A DNA stretch of 64,000 bases from Guillardia theta CCMP2712 (Eukaryota > Protista > Cryptophyta): assembly GCF_000315625.1 (NCBI RefSeq), contig NW_005434627.1:512592-576591 (forward strand), written 5' to 3'. Shown piece after piece: positions 41,919 to 51,964 of this stretch. The first letter of the stretch is position 1. Each line of letters opens with the position of its first letter. The translations under genes were made by a program, and so were the position numbers. The notes under the pieces are model-generated. The model searched no databases and was not told where the DNA came from. It saw only the letters and a list, made by a program, of their open reading frames with translations.

Positions 41919-44488
41919 AGCCGCCTCAGGCTCCTTGTCGAAGCCGACTGCTTCGAGCTTGGTGGCTGCGCCTTCTAGAGAGAAGGGCAGCTCCTTCATC
42001 ATGCGTCGAGCATCCTCCGTGGAGCCGAGGAAGATGCATAGCTTGGACCCGTTCCAGGACTTAGTGTTCAAATCCTCCTCCATGTCGATGCCTTCCACTT
42101 TGATCTCGAGCCTGTTAGCGATTTCCAACAAGACTCTCTTGACTCTTGCGATGGACGTGTTGCCGCCGTTGCACAGCCCCTCCATCTCCTTCCTCGTGAA
42201 GCGACCAGATGCCGCCGTCGACTTGATGATGATCTTGATCGCCTTGTCGTCGCTGCGGCCTGCCTTCTTCTGCATCCTGGATGCCTTCTTCAACTTATTT
42301 CTGGACACAAAGCGATCAGCTGTCAACTCGACTGCGAGCGCCTCTCTGATCTTCGGGTCCTCGCTGAACAGAGTCAGGTGTACTCCCTCCATCGCTTCGC
42401 TCTCTCGGAAAGCTAGACTCAGTGCAAGAGAGTAAAGCAATCATGTGGAAGGCTCCGTATAGATCCGAGATAGCGAGTGCTGATGAGATCCCGGTGACTG
42501 TTTCCTTCCTCCGCAATGCACAAGCGGAGAAGCTCTGGCAGGGAAGAGAGGACTTCGCGATCGATGGTCGCAAGTTCACAGCTGTACATGTGAGCATCGT
42601 GCACGATCGATCTTTCAAGATTCGAGCCAAGAGAGGACCCTGGGGCAAAGAGGGCAGCTTGGCAGAGCTGACTCACCTGCTAACCTTGGGCGGCATGACA
42701 ACAGCCGAAATAGCTGACGTCTACCGCTATCAGCTGCTGCGCCAGTCCCTTGCAGCGGTCCAACTCCAGCCGCTGGCAGGCATGCTGGTCGCTGGGGCGC
42801 CAGGCCAGCAAGTCCACAAAGGCTTAGGTCAGAAAGGCTTCGTCGCTGTAGGGGCCAACGTCATCTGGAGACAGAGGGAGGTGGAGTGGATCGTCTCCTC
42901 GAGCTGCCCAGAGGCGAATGATACAGCATTTCGAAGTAGAAAGAGACCTCAGAAGCAGGGTTCGCATTGTAGGCCGTGTACTCCCAGTGCTCGCGCGCCT
43001 CTTTAGACTAGGATCAAATTGCAAAAGCCCACAAGGAGGCCGAGCAACATTCTAGCATTCTAATAAACTCACATAATAATAATAATAGGGTTTAGGGTTT
43101 AGCCGTCTCTCCACCCCAGCCACCTCCTCCGCCACAAGCAATGCACACAGCGCCAACCTCGAAGACCGACAAGGAGACTAGGGGGGAGGAGAGGGGAGAG
43201 CGCAAGGGCACCGGAGGAAGCTGCGAGCAAGAGGTTTGTGCAGTTCAAACAGCTTTCTAAGTATGGTACTACAGTATGATGAGAGCGTTCGCAACCTGCT
43301 GTATCGGAAATCATGCCAATACACGCAGGGTGAGCGCTCAGGAGGCCACGTCGAAGAGGCCGACCTCGTCGAGAGAGTGAAGAGCTTCACCAAGCGTTAT
43401 CCGAATAGTCGGACAGCTCATGCTTGCAGAGCTGAGGGGGGATGCACTCCCGACGCTATCGCAGAAGCCATCCGCTCGACATGTCGGCAGGCGAGACGCG
43501 ACCTGTTTGAAGACTCTCTGAGCGCATGGAGCCCAGAGTCGAAAGCATGGTTCATGCAACAGATGAAAGAGGCCAAACAGCAGAATGTCGAGACTTACAT
43601 CGGCACCGAAGACACCGAGGAGACCTCCTTCATCTCCATGACTCTCCTGGGCATCTCCTCGATGTATGTGCGACAAGAAGAAAAGTTGAAAATGAAGTTG
43701 ACGGAGCTGGGACTCATAGTAGACTCAGTCGATAGAGACGACAAGTCCATCATGTGGAAAGCACCTTACAGACCTGAGATAGCACGAGCAGACGACATCT
43801 CAGTCACCATCTCCTTCCTTCGGAATGAAGAAGCCATCGCACTCTGGCAAGGCAGCAGAGAGTACAGCATGGACGGGCGAGTTTTCAGAGCAACTGAAGT
43901 CAGCATTGCACACGACCGGTCGTTCAAGCTCCGAGCCAAGCGAGGACCTTGGGGCAAGGGAGGGAGCCTTGCCGAGCTATCGCAGCTCCTAGCTCTTGGA
44001 GGAATGTCGACGGCGGACATAGCTCGGATCTATCAATTCCAACTGATCTCGCAATGTCTCGCCGCAGCAGAGGTACAACCGCTGGCGGGCATGCTCCTGC
44101 AGGGTGCTGGGCAGAGAGGTCGCAAAGGGCCGAGCCCGAAGACGGATGGTCGACGCATGATGAAGGAGCTGCCCTTCTCTCTAGAAGGCGCAGCAACCAA
44201 GCTCGAAGCAGTCGGCTTCGACAAGGAGCCTGAGGCGGCTGGTCAGCGGGGCACCAGCGACGCAGCGCAGCGACAGGCGGAGAGCGAGGGAGAGTGGCTG
44301 GAGTTCACAGACCTGGAGAGGATCACACATATCGGTCGGGATCTTGCCGCGCTAGTGCCCCTTGACATTGTTGTCGAAGGGGGGTTATTTGTATCATGGG
44401 GTGGTTTTGGGGTTTGAATTTTTATATTGAGAAAAGTTAGTTATCAGGACTTGGTCTATTCATATATGTTGTTTTCACTGGATTTTAC

Positions 44489-45823
44489 ATGTTTTTAGTT
44501 TTTGATTATGGTACTAAATCGCAACCCCTACCCCATCTTTTTCCTTTTGTATCCATGACCCGTATTGTGGGTTGGGGTACCACGGGCATCATCTCTCCTC
44601 TTGCTTCTCTCTCCTCTTCACGCATACTCCATAAGTCTGTCGCTGATCACGGCTGTAACAGACTTGAGATGCGTTCTCCAAGTCTGTTACGACACTCAGC
44701 ATTAAAAGGACGAGAGAGAATCAGAATTTCTTGTAGCGTCGCCCAACCAGACGACGTGGACGACGAACATGGCAATGGTGTACCCCAGACTCTCAAGCTA
44801 CCATTCTTCTTTCAAAGGATGTTCGTTAACAATAGGCCACAGAAATCTAATCCCGGTGTGTTTTACGACGAAACAAGCCATTTGAGTTTTGCCTTGCAGC
44901 CATCCATGGGAATTTCCTTCTTGGACGTAAACAAGCAAAATCGGTACGGTTTGATCAAAGAGGTTTCAAATGATTTTGTATCAGTTTACATTCTGTACAC
45001 CAAGGATGTTTTGCACGAAGTTCAACAGAATATCAAATCTCCAACAAGGTTGATTCAGATCAGAGATCGCATGGATGATTTCCACTGCTTGCAAAGCAGT
45101 TACATGGATGAGGTTCCAATGCAAGACATTCAAGGAATAGTGTCCATCAATTGTGCGCAAGTTTCTCTTAAAGGAATCTCGATGAAAAGCTTGCTCATTG
45201 TCGGGTGGTTGTATTTTGGCGTATCTGAACGCAAAAGTCAGGAATGTCAAGTTTCTTTCTTCAAGTCTTTCAAACTAACGGCGGATCATCTGCAGAATTA
45301 TTTTAACGTTTTGAACCGACATGTCCATATCGTTGATTCATTGTATTGGGAATTGTCCAAAGTCAGGCACAGTCTGCATAAATGGTTGCAGCTCAGAGGA
45401 AAACCCAAGGTTCGAAGTTTGGAAGCAGCAAAAGAAGCTCCCTTACGGTTCAATGTCGAACTTGCGGATGTGAACGCAATCTTGTTTTTATTGAAGCTTT
45501 GTCAAGCAGAAAATCAACAGGCCAGTGAGATCCAATGTTCGTATGTAAGCTACAGTACACTCGTCACATGCTCTTGGATCATACCTGAGACATCTTTGAA
45601 GTCATCCATCGTGCAACGGTATTTGAATATACCATTTAAGGAGTGCCCTCTCGAGCTTGCAAACTCTTCAGGATCGCTTTACGTAGAGGGGCCGTTAACG
45701 ATTAGCCTAAAGCGCTACAAATTTAGTCCTGGTTCGTTAACGTTCAAATGGGCAAAAATTTTCAGGCATGGATGGAATGGCAAAGAGATTTGGAGGTTCC
45801 CACCAATTACACAGAACGTATGA
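44489..45823 (+). CDS. transposon accessory protein with a BAH-like domain
   Basis: Open 444-aa ORF. RYGLIKEV..FVSVYILYTKDVL..LQSSYMDEVPMQDIQGIVSI fits the BAH pattern. The true start may be a downstream ATG. Confidence 0.7.
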   Translation: MFLVFDYGTKSQPLPHLFPFVSMTRIVGWGTTGIISPLASLSSSRILHKSVADHGCNRLEMRSPSLLRHSALKGRERIRISCSVAQPDDVDDEHGNGVPQTLKLPFFFQRMFVNNRPQKSNPGVFYDETSHLSFALQPSMGISFLDVNKQNRYGLIKEVSNDFVSVYILYTKDVLHEVQQNIKSPTRLIQIRDRMDDFHCLQSSYMDEVPMQDIQGIVSINCAQVSLKGISMKSLLIVGWLYFGVSERKSQECQVSFFKSFKLTADHLQNYFNVLNRHVHIVDSLYWELSKVRHSLHKWLQLRGKPKVRSLEAAKEAPLRFNVELADVNAILFLLKLCQAENQQASEIQCSYVSYSTLVTCSWIIPETSLKSSIVQRYLNIPFKECPLELANSSGSLYVEGPLTISLKRYKFSPGSLTFKWAKIFRHGWNGKEIWRFPPITQNV

Positions 45824-45884
45824 AATTTGCAGATTACGGCTCCTTTCCGCCTTTGCGATATCTTAAACTTTAACATTTAATTTA

Positions 45885-48421
45885 TTACATACCGCCTAAA
45901 CCTCCCTCTAAAATTTTTTTGTACTCAATTCCCTTTTTCTCTAAATTGTGCCAACTGTTCATCAATAACAAAGAAATGGCATAATACGACCACGCTGCCT
46001 CGAATGTGCAGTCATCTTCTGCAATTGGCTGATGAACTCCATCTTCTCTGCGACGCTTTCCGCTCATGAAAGCATTGATTTCTGTTAAGGCTTGAGCAAA
46101 TGAAGGTCTACCTTGCCAGCGATGTCTGTTTTCAACGTTCGACATATTCAACAATCCTAAAGGAATTCCACATTCTTCCATGATGCTTTCGAACTGATCA
46201 CCGATATGGCCGACGCACAAGCTATGGAAGTAAAATGACTGTAACATCTTCACGTCCCCAACGACGTCTATATATTTCACACACCAACTTCGAATCCTGG
46301 CTGGGATTTGCTTTGCTACTTCTAGATCAATTTTGTCTCGATGCTGTGTCATGAGTACGCTACTCAAAAAGGACCATTCTTCAACGACTTCATGCCATTC
46401 TTGTCTCTTCTCTGAATCAGTCTCATACAAGTAGTCAATAATCATTGGAGAATTCTTCAAAAATCTGGTACATTGCTCTCCATTCAATTGCCTGCGACCA
46501 GATTTGTCGTTAAACTGAACTGAAACACCGCGAGATTGTAATTCATCGTTGATGAAGGCGAGCTTCCTCAATTGTACAGCTCTTTCCTGCAACGCACATA
46601 TCATCGAGTTCACTATCCTTCCATGCATGTGCATCGTGCAGTGAATAAAAAACAATGGATTCATGCCTTGAATATTCTGTCTGCAAATGGGAACACGGCG
46701 CAGCATAGGAAACTTTGTACCTGGGGGAATAACTTTGCTTGGGTCCATCAAAGATTCCATGACTCTTGCTTGATTGTGGGTATCCATCATTTCTTGGAAT
46801 TCAGCGTAATCCGTCTCGTGAAAGGACTTGAAACAGGCTGGGTTTTTGCAATCTTCATTCAGACTCTGGATACTATCCATCACAATCCGATGTTTCTCAC
46901 AAAAGGTGATCAGATTGTCAGATTCAGTGACTGTCACGATTTTAAACCATGAACCGGCTCTGTGATCTGTAAGTAGCTCGGTGCAACACATGCAAAACAT
47001 CTTTTCAACATCTCTCATTCCACCAATATCGAAAATGTACCAGTGACCTTGCATGTCTGATCTCATTATGAACAGAACACTGATCACTTTGTCTGGATGT
47101 CTACCTTCGCGGCGCTTCTGCATCCCACCAGCAGCCTTGCCATCGAAAATTTGAATCCCATAAGTTTGCAGCTCCCGCAGTGCTGGTCCAAAGGGTACCC
47201 AAAAGCTTCGCTTAAAAACCTCAGGGCTATCAGGATGAGGCATGTAAGCAATTGTAAGCAAACAAGAAGATTCGCGAGCAAGCTTCTCCCAAAAGTTCCA
47301 TTCTCCGTCAGTGCAGTCACTCTGAAATGGGAGGATCGTTATGGTTACATCAGTGGCTTTCTTGTTATTGCCAGCAGAAAACGTAATGGTGGCTCCATCA
47401 TAATTGATACAGATAGTAAGCCGGTCTTTTCCAATCAGATGCAACAAATCGACAAGTTCTTCGACAGTTGAGATCAGATCAAGGTAATGAGTTCCATCCT
47501 CTGTGCAATTAATTTTCAACTTCCTAGTAAGGTCATGCTTGACCTCCACTCGCACCTGAGATATTTTATCATAATCTGGAAAGCATCCCTTGAGGCCATC
47601 CATTGATCGAAACCCTTCGTATTGTCGCTTTGTTATCCCCAATGAACTGAGATTTACAGCAATTTCATGCGGTGTTGGTACTAGGTGTCTTGCAGCGTGC
47701 TTCAAACCGTTTAAAAGGCCCAGATCTGAACCCAAAGATGTTTCCAACACGTTATTCACAACATTGCTCCTCAAGAATCCTTCAACGAAGTTTCTGCTTC
47801 TTGTTTTCTGCCTTTTGGCTTGGGATCCGTCTTGCGATGGGGAATCCGAATCCCCTTCAGTTTCTTCCAACTGCTCATCTGAGTCTTGTTCTCCAAGAAT
47901 ATCAAAGAAATGCCTCCACTTCACCTTACAGTTTGCCTTGTGCAGGCCACACAACCGATCAACTTTGTGCAGCAAGTAATCACGGATTGCTTTGAATTCT
48001 CTATTTACCTTTTTCCGCACAACTTGTTTTAGGTTTGCGTTCTTGATGGAAATGGTACTTGAAGGCCTATCCATAGGGTCCATAGCCTCGGACAAATTGA
48101 GCTCGGCAATTCCTTCAGCCAACACTTCGTCGAAGCATTTGCCAGAATTAGGGAGCGATTGCTTAAATTTTTCATCACCTACTGAAGATTATCATGATTA
48201 CAAGCTAGCAATGAAAAACACTTAAATGTGAACTTACCAAGAGCCTGTATGAATGAATTGACATCACCTTGACCTTTCCAAACACCATTTGCGTATACGA
48301 AACCATTTTTGAGCGCCAGCTGCTCGTAGCTGCGGAGAATCTCTCCCTTGAGCCATATGCGCTGTTCATCTCGCAACTCCTTGTGTTGCAAGGATGTTCT
48401 TCCAGTCTTTCGCCTTCCCAT
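45885..48421 (-). CDS. RAG1/Transib-like DDE transposase (~825 aa, 1 intron) with a LysM-like insert
   Basis: Exons 48421-48238 and 48178-45885 (GTAAG..TAG intron) stay in frame. Ordered motifs: INYDG, RSDMQ, FCMCC, HCTMHMHGR, LNGEQCTRF, YFHSLCVGHI, SNVENRH. Confidence 0.85.
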
Positions 48422-49552
48422 GAGTAGTTCTTTGTCTATAGATCAAAATCTCTCTGAAATTTTCAAGTTTTAGGCATGTTTTGAAGCCTATATTTCAAGC
48501 TATGCGTGCCTCGGTGCCAAGGCGGGAAATTCAAATCTTTAAACTCGGGGGGAGGGGGGTCACTACCCTACCCCACAAAAAGCCCCCAAAAGCACCTACC
48601 CTGCCTTTGTAGTACCAGAAATAGAAAGACAGTACAGATTCAAATTTAGAAAATGAGTAAGTTTGTACCATAATCATTGTTTACAATGTATAAGTCCCCT
48701 TTAAAAAAGATCCTCTTCTATAAGTCTCAGAGGGGGACTGCAGGTTGCTATTGTGTACCACCTGAAGCAGAGCCCGTCCACTACCCACCCTTACACCAAC
48801 AAAGCCAGGGAATTGATGGGGTGCAAGCAAGCTCTGACCACCCCCGATATGATTGGAACGAAGACCGGTATCCTTCGGAAGCAAGGGTGCAAAAGGGACA
48901 AATGATACCAGACCCGGCGTGCGAGAAAAGACCAATATGATGGAGGCAGCATCTCCGTCAAGCCAAGAGGACATGCAGCTCGTCAGCGAGCTGTCAGCAG
49001 TCATCGAAGATGCAGCTTCTTTGAACGAGGCGGGGACGAGCGAGCCGATCAAGCTGGTCCTGGACAAGGCCGTTGGCAACCTCTACGACACCTTCTACTC
49101 TCCGGGGAGCCTGGAGTTCATGTCGCTGGGAGAGTGGGCGAAGACGCCAGAGGAGCAGGGAGTGGGACGCAACGTTCTCAAGGAGAAGCTGGGGAAGTGG
49201 CTGCAGAGCAAGCGCTGGACTCGCGTGCAAGGAGAGAGCAAGAAGGCAAGGAGGGGCAGCGCGTTCTCGCCACGGGCAACGGCAGCTGCTGAGCTTGAGC
49301 AGGAGGCGGAGAGCGACGACATAGAGCGTCGATCTCTTAGCTTCCTGTTCATAGCACTGAGTAAATTCGCAGAGATGCATGTGCTGGCCTGCTCGCTGAA
49401 GGTGGACAAGAAGGACCGACTGCGGGTGGAGATGAGGGAAGATGACGAAGAAGAGGAAGACATGGAGGAAGAGCAAGGCGAGGGCGAGGAAGAAGACGGG
49501 GCGAGCCCGTACCGAGCTTGAGCTGAGCTCAAGGTAAGGAGAGAAGGTAGGA

Positions 49553-49836
49553 GGCGACCGAAGGCCAAGGTGAGGAGAGGCAACTCTCCTGACTGAGGCT
49601 GAGGAAGCTGAATGGAGGTAGAGTAGGTGGCGACCGAAGGCCAAGGTGAGGAGAGGCAACTCTCCTGACTGAGGCTGAGGAAGCTGAATGGAGGAGGAGT
49701 AGGTGGCGACCGAAGGCCAAGGTGAGGAGAGGCAACTCTCCTGACTGAGGCTGAGGAAGCTGAACGGAGGTAGAGTAGGTGGCGACCGAAGGCCAAGGTG
49801 AGGAGAGGCAACTCTCCTGACTGAGGCTGAGGAAGC
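49553..49836 (+). repeat. 76-bp tandem repeat with a GCAA-loop hairpin
   Basis: Unit GGCGACCGAAGGCCAAGGTGAGGAGAGGCAACTCTCCTGACTGAGGCTGAGGAAGCTGAATGGAGG(T/-)AG(A/G)GTAGGT. Confidence 0.9.
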
Positions 49837-49899
49837 CAAGAGAAGACAGCAGAAGTAGAAAGTAGAAAGAGACCTCAGAAGCAGGGTTTAGGGTTTAGG

Positions 49900-50104
49900 A
49901 GGCGCCGTTATTTTCGGCAGCATGGCTCCTCGTCAGGTGTTCAAATAGCTTTCTAAGTATGGTTCTTCAGTATGATGAAAATGTTCGCAACCTGCTGTAT
50001 CGGAGATCATGCCAATACACGCAGAGCGGACTTGTGGATGCCTCTGTCCTCGAAGCTGATCTCGTCGAGAGGGTGAAGAGCTTCGCGAAGCGTTATCCGA
50101 ACAG
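49900..50104 (+). mobile_element. 5' fragment of the telomere-associated retroelement ORF1
   Basis: MVLQYDENVRNLLYRRSCQYTQ...KRYPN follows a telomeric spacer; unrelated AT-rich DNA comes next. Confidence 0.75.
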
Positions 50105-51890
50105 AAATACAAGAAGAATCTCAACTTGTGAACGGAGTGCAAATATTAAAACTGCAGCATGACATCATGACTGCTGACTGTAAGGAAGTCTCAGAAACCT
50201 TGGTGGTGCCGAAAACTTGTTTTCAAAAAACAGAAATCTACAATCCTGTGAATAGAATTCGACGGAAGATGCTTATTGAACGCAGGTGAGGAATTCTGTG
50301 ATAATTACCTTCTATCTGTTGATTCGCATGTCAGGCTCTTGGAAACCTCGTTGCCTGCCAAAGCGAAGGGTGCAGTGCTGTGTTTTCCTATTTTCGAATG
50401 TAACTCAAATGAACCAGAAGTGCAAACACCAGGGTATATTGCTTCAGTTCTCATTTCAATTTTGACGAGTGATTTCAGAACGAATCTCCATTTTGACTCT
50501 GAAGATTGTGAGACGGCACATTGCTTTGACCTAATGACCAGGTATGACAAGTAATCATCAATGATCATGTTGAGTTTTAAAGTTTTTGTGCAGATCCAAT
50601 CGAGTTTCTCAGGTTATTGATGTAGAAATGGGTTGGCTGGTAACTCTTCCAGAGGATGACTCTCAAACATGAACAGAGAGGGGGTCAGGGGTTGGACGGA
50701 GAGGTATGCAGAAGCACCAAAATGTCTGGCAGCCTTCATCGTAGTGTCTTTGAACTAGAACATGTCATGGATTAACAAATGGCATTTCCATATGGCGGTC
50801 TTATGGAATCCAAAGGACATGCCATGCCTAACGATAGTGTCACTTGCCTGGTTTTCTCAATGATTTTGGATCTCAATAGTATTTGAATAGCAAATCTTGT
50901 GTTTATTAGCGATTCAACCGTTTCTAATCCTATCTTGTTCTCTCATATGGGACTTAAATTTACCGTGTAAAGATAATTTGAACTTCTTGGTTCTCTTGAC
51001 TTTTCCTTGCTAAATCTACCATGTTGCTTACAGTCGACACAGGTTCTTTGATAGAAGACAGTGTCAAATGCTATCACTGACTTGGAAGGCAACCGAGAAT
51101 GATTGAAACTTGAAATCATTGAGCATCTACTGAGTCAGATAGATGGACTCTCACAGGAGCAAAAGCCTTTAGGAGAGAGAGAGAACCCTAAACCCTAAAG
51201 GCAAGAGAAGAAGCTTGGCAGAGCTGACCCAGCTTTAATTCTTGGCTGAGAAACGTGATCATGACTGCAACATTCAGATACTCTTGCATACTGGTCGACT
51301 GGAGGAGGAAAGACCTGAACGACTTGGACAGCTTGTGCAACTTCAGAACTTTCGCTAGAAGAGCTGATCCGAAGACTGGAACACGAGGCCGCCAACGGCG
51401 GGCCGAACTGCCAGGTCACGAGATCCCTGTTAGACTAGAATAGGGCAAGGTGATAACAAGCCATGCAACCTACCTAGCATTCTAATAAACTCAACTACTA
51501 CCACGCATCATGGCTGCGCGCCAGGTGTAGGGGAAGCCGCCCGGGCGCCCTTCTACTCTGCGGGGAGCCTGAAGTTCATGTCGCTGGGAGAGGAACAAGA
51601 CATCAAAGAAGCAGAACCTTCCCTTCCCTCGGCGCCGTTTGCGAGGAAAGAAGATGACGATGAAGCCAAATAGAGATCCTACTGCAAATCGCTCAACATA
51701 TCAGCAAAACGCATAACAGCCCCCTCAACTCGCAAGCTTGGTGGGAGCATCTGACCACCGCCATGGCTGACATCCAAGATATACAGGAAGGCCTTCCGCT
51801 GTCATACGAATTCCTAGAACATTTAGGGATGCTCGCTGAAACAAAACAGTTCAGCAACTGGCCCATAGGGTATAGGGTTTAGGGTTTAGG

Positions 51891-51946
51891 ACCCGATGCG
51901 ACTACTCTAGCATTCTAATAAAATCGACTACTACTACTACTACTAC
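51891..51946 (+). mobile_element. 56-bp extreme 5'-truncated retroelement copy
   Basis: CTAGCATTCTAATAAA plus a (CTA)n tail, between identical 18-nt TAGGGTTTAGGGTTTAGG repeats at 51873-51890 and 51947-51964. Confidence 0.8.
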
Positions 51947-51964
51947 TAGGGTTTAGGGTTTAGG

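Larger units (their letters stand above)
38453..43085 (+). mobile_element. telomere-repeat-associated ORF1-only retroelement, copy 1 (internally rearranged; hosts the TIR element)
   Basis: 5x 19-bp leader repeat, ORF1 pieces, 76-bp repeats and a 3' UTR ending CTAGCATTCTAATAAA-(AAT)n-TAGGGTTTAGGG. Confidence 0.75.
44328..48939. mobile_element. two-gene RAG1/Transib-like DNA transposon, 4,612 bp, TIR CATAT(C/T)GGTC, no TSD
   Basis: Ends are CATATCGGTC and GACCAATATG. The flanks rejoin exactly to GGATCACA^ATGGAGG, which is seen uninterrupted at ~52672-52686 and (reverse complement) at ~39718-39732. Confidence 0.9.
43103..49882 (+). mobile_element. telomere-repeat-associated ORF1-only retroelement, copy 2 (interrupted by the RAG-like transposon)
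   Basis: ORF1 43236-44327 resumes at 48940 (MEAASPSSQED). 76-bp repeats follow. Flanked by telomeric spacers at 43086-43102 and 49883-49899. Confidence 0.8.

Noticed and set aside
44489-45823. Partner ORF as a true RAG2 homologue
   Set aside because: No GG-containing kelch repeats or PHD cysteines are visible.
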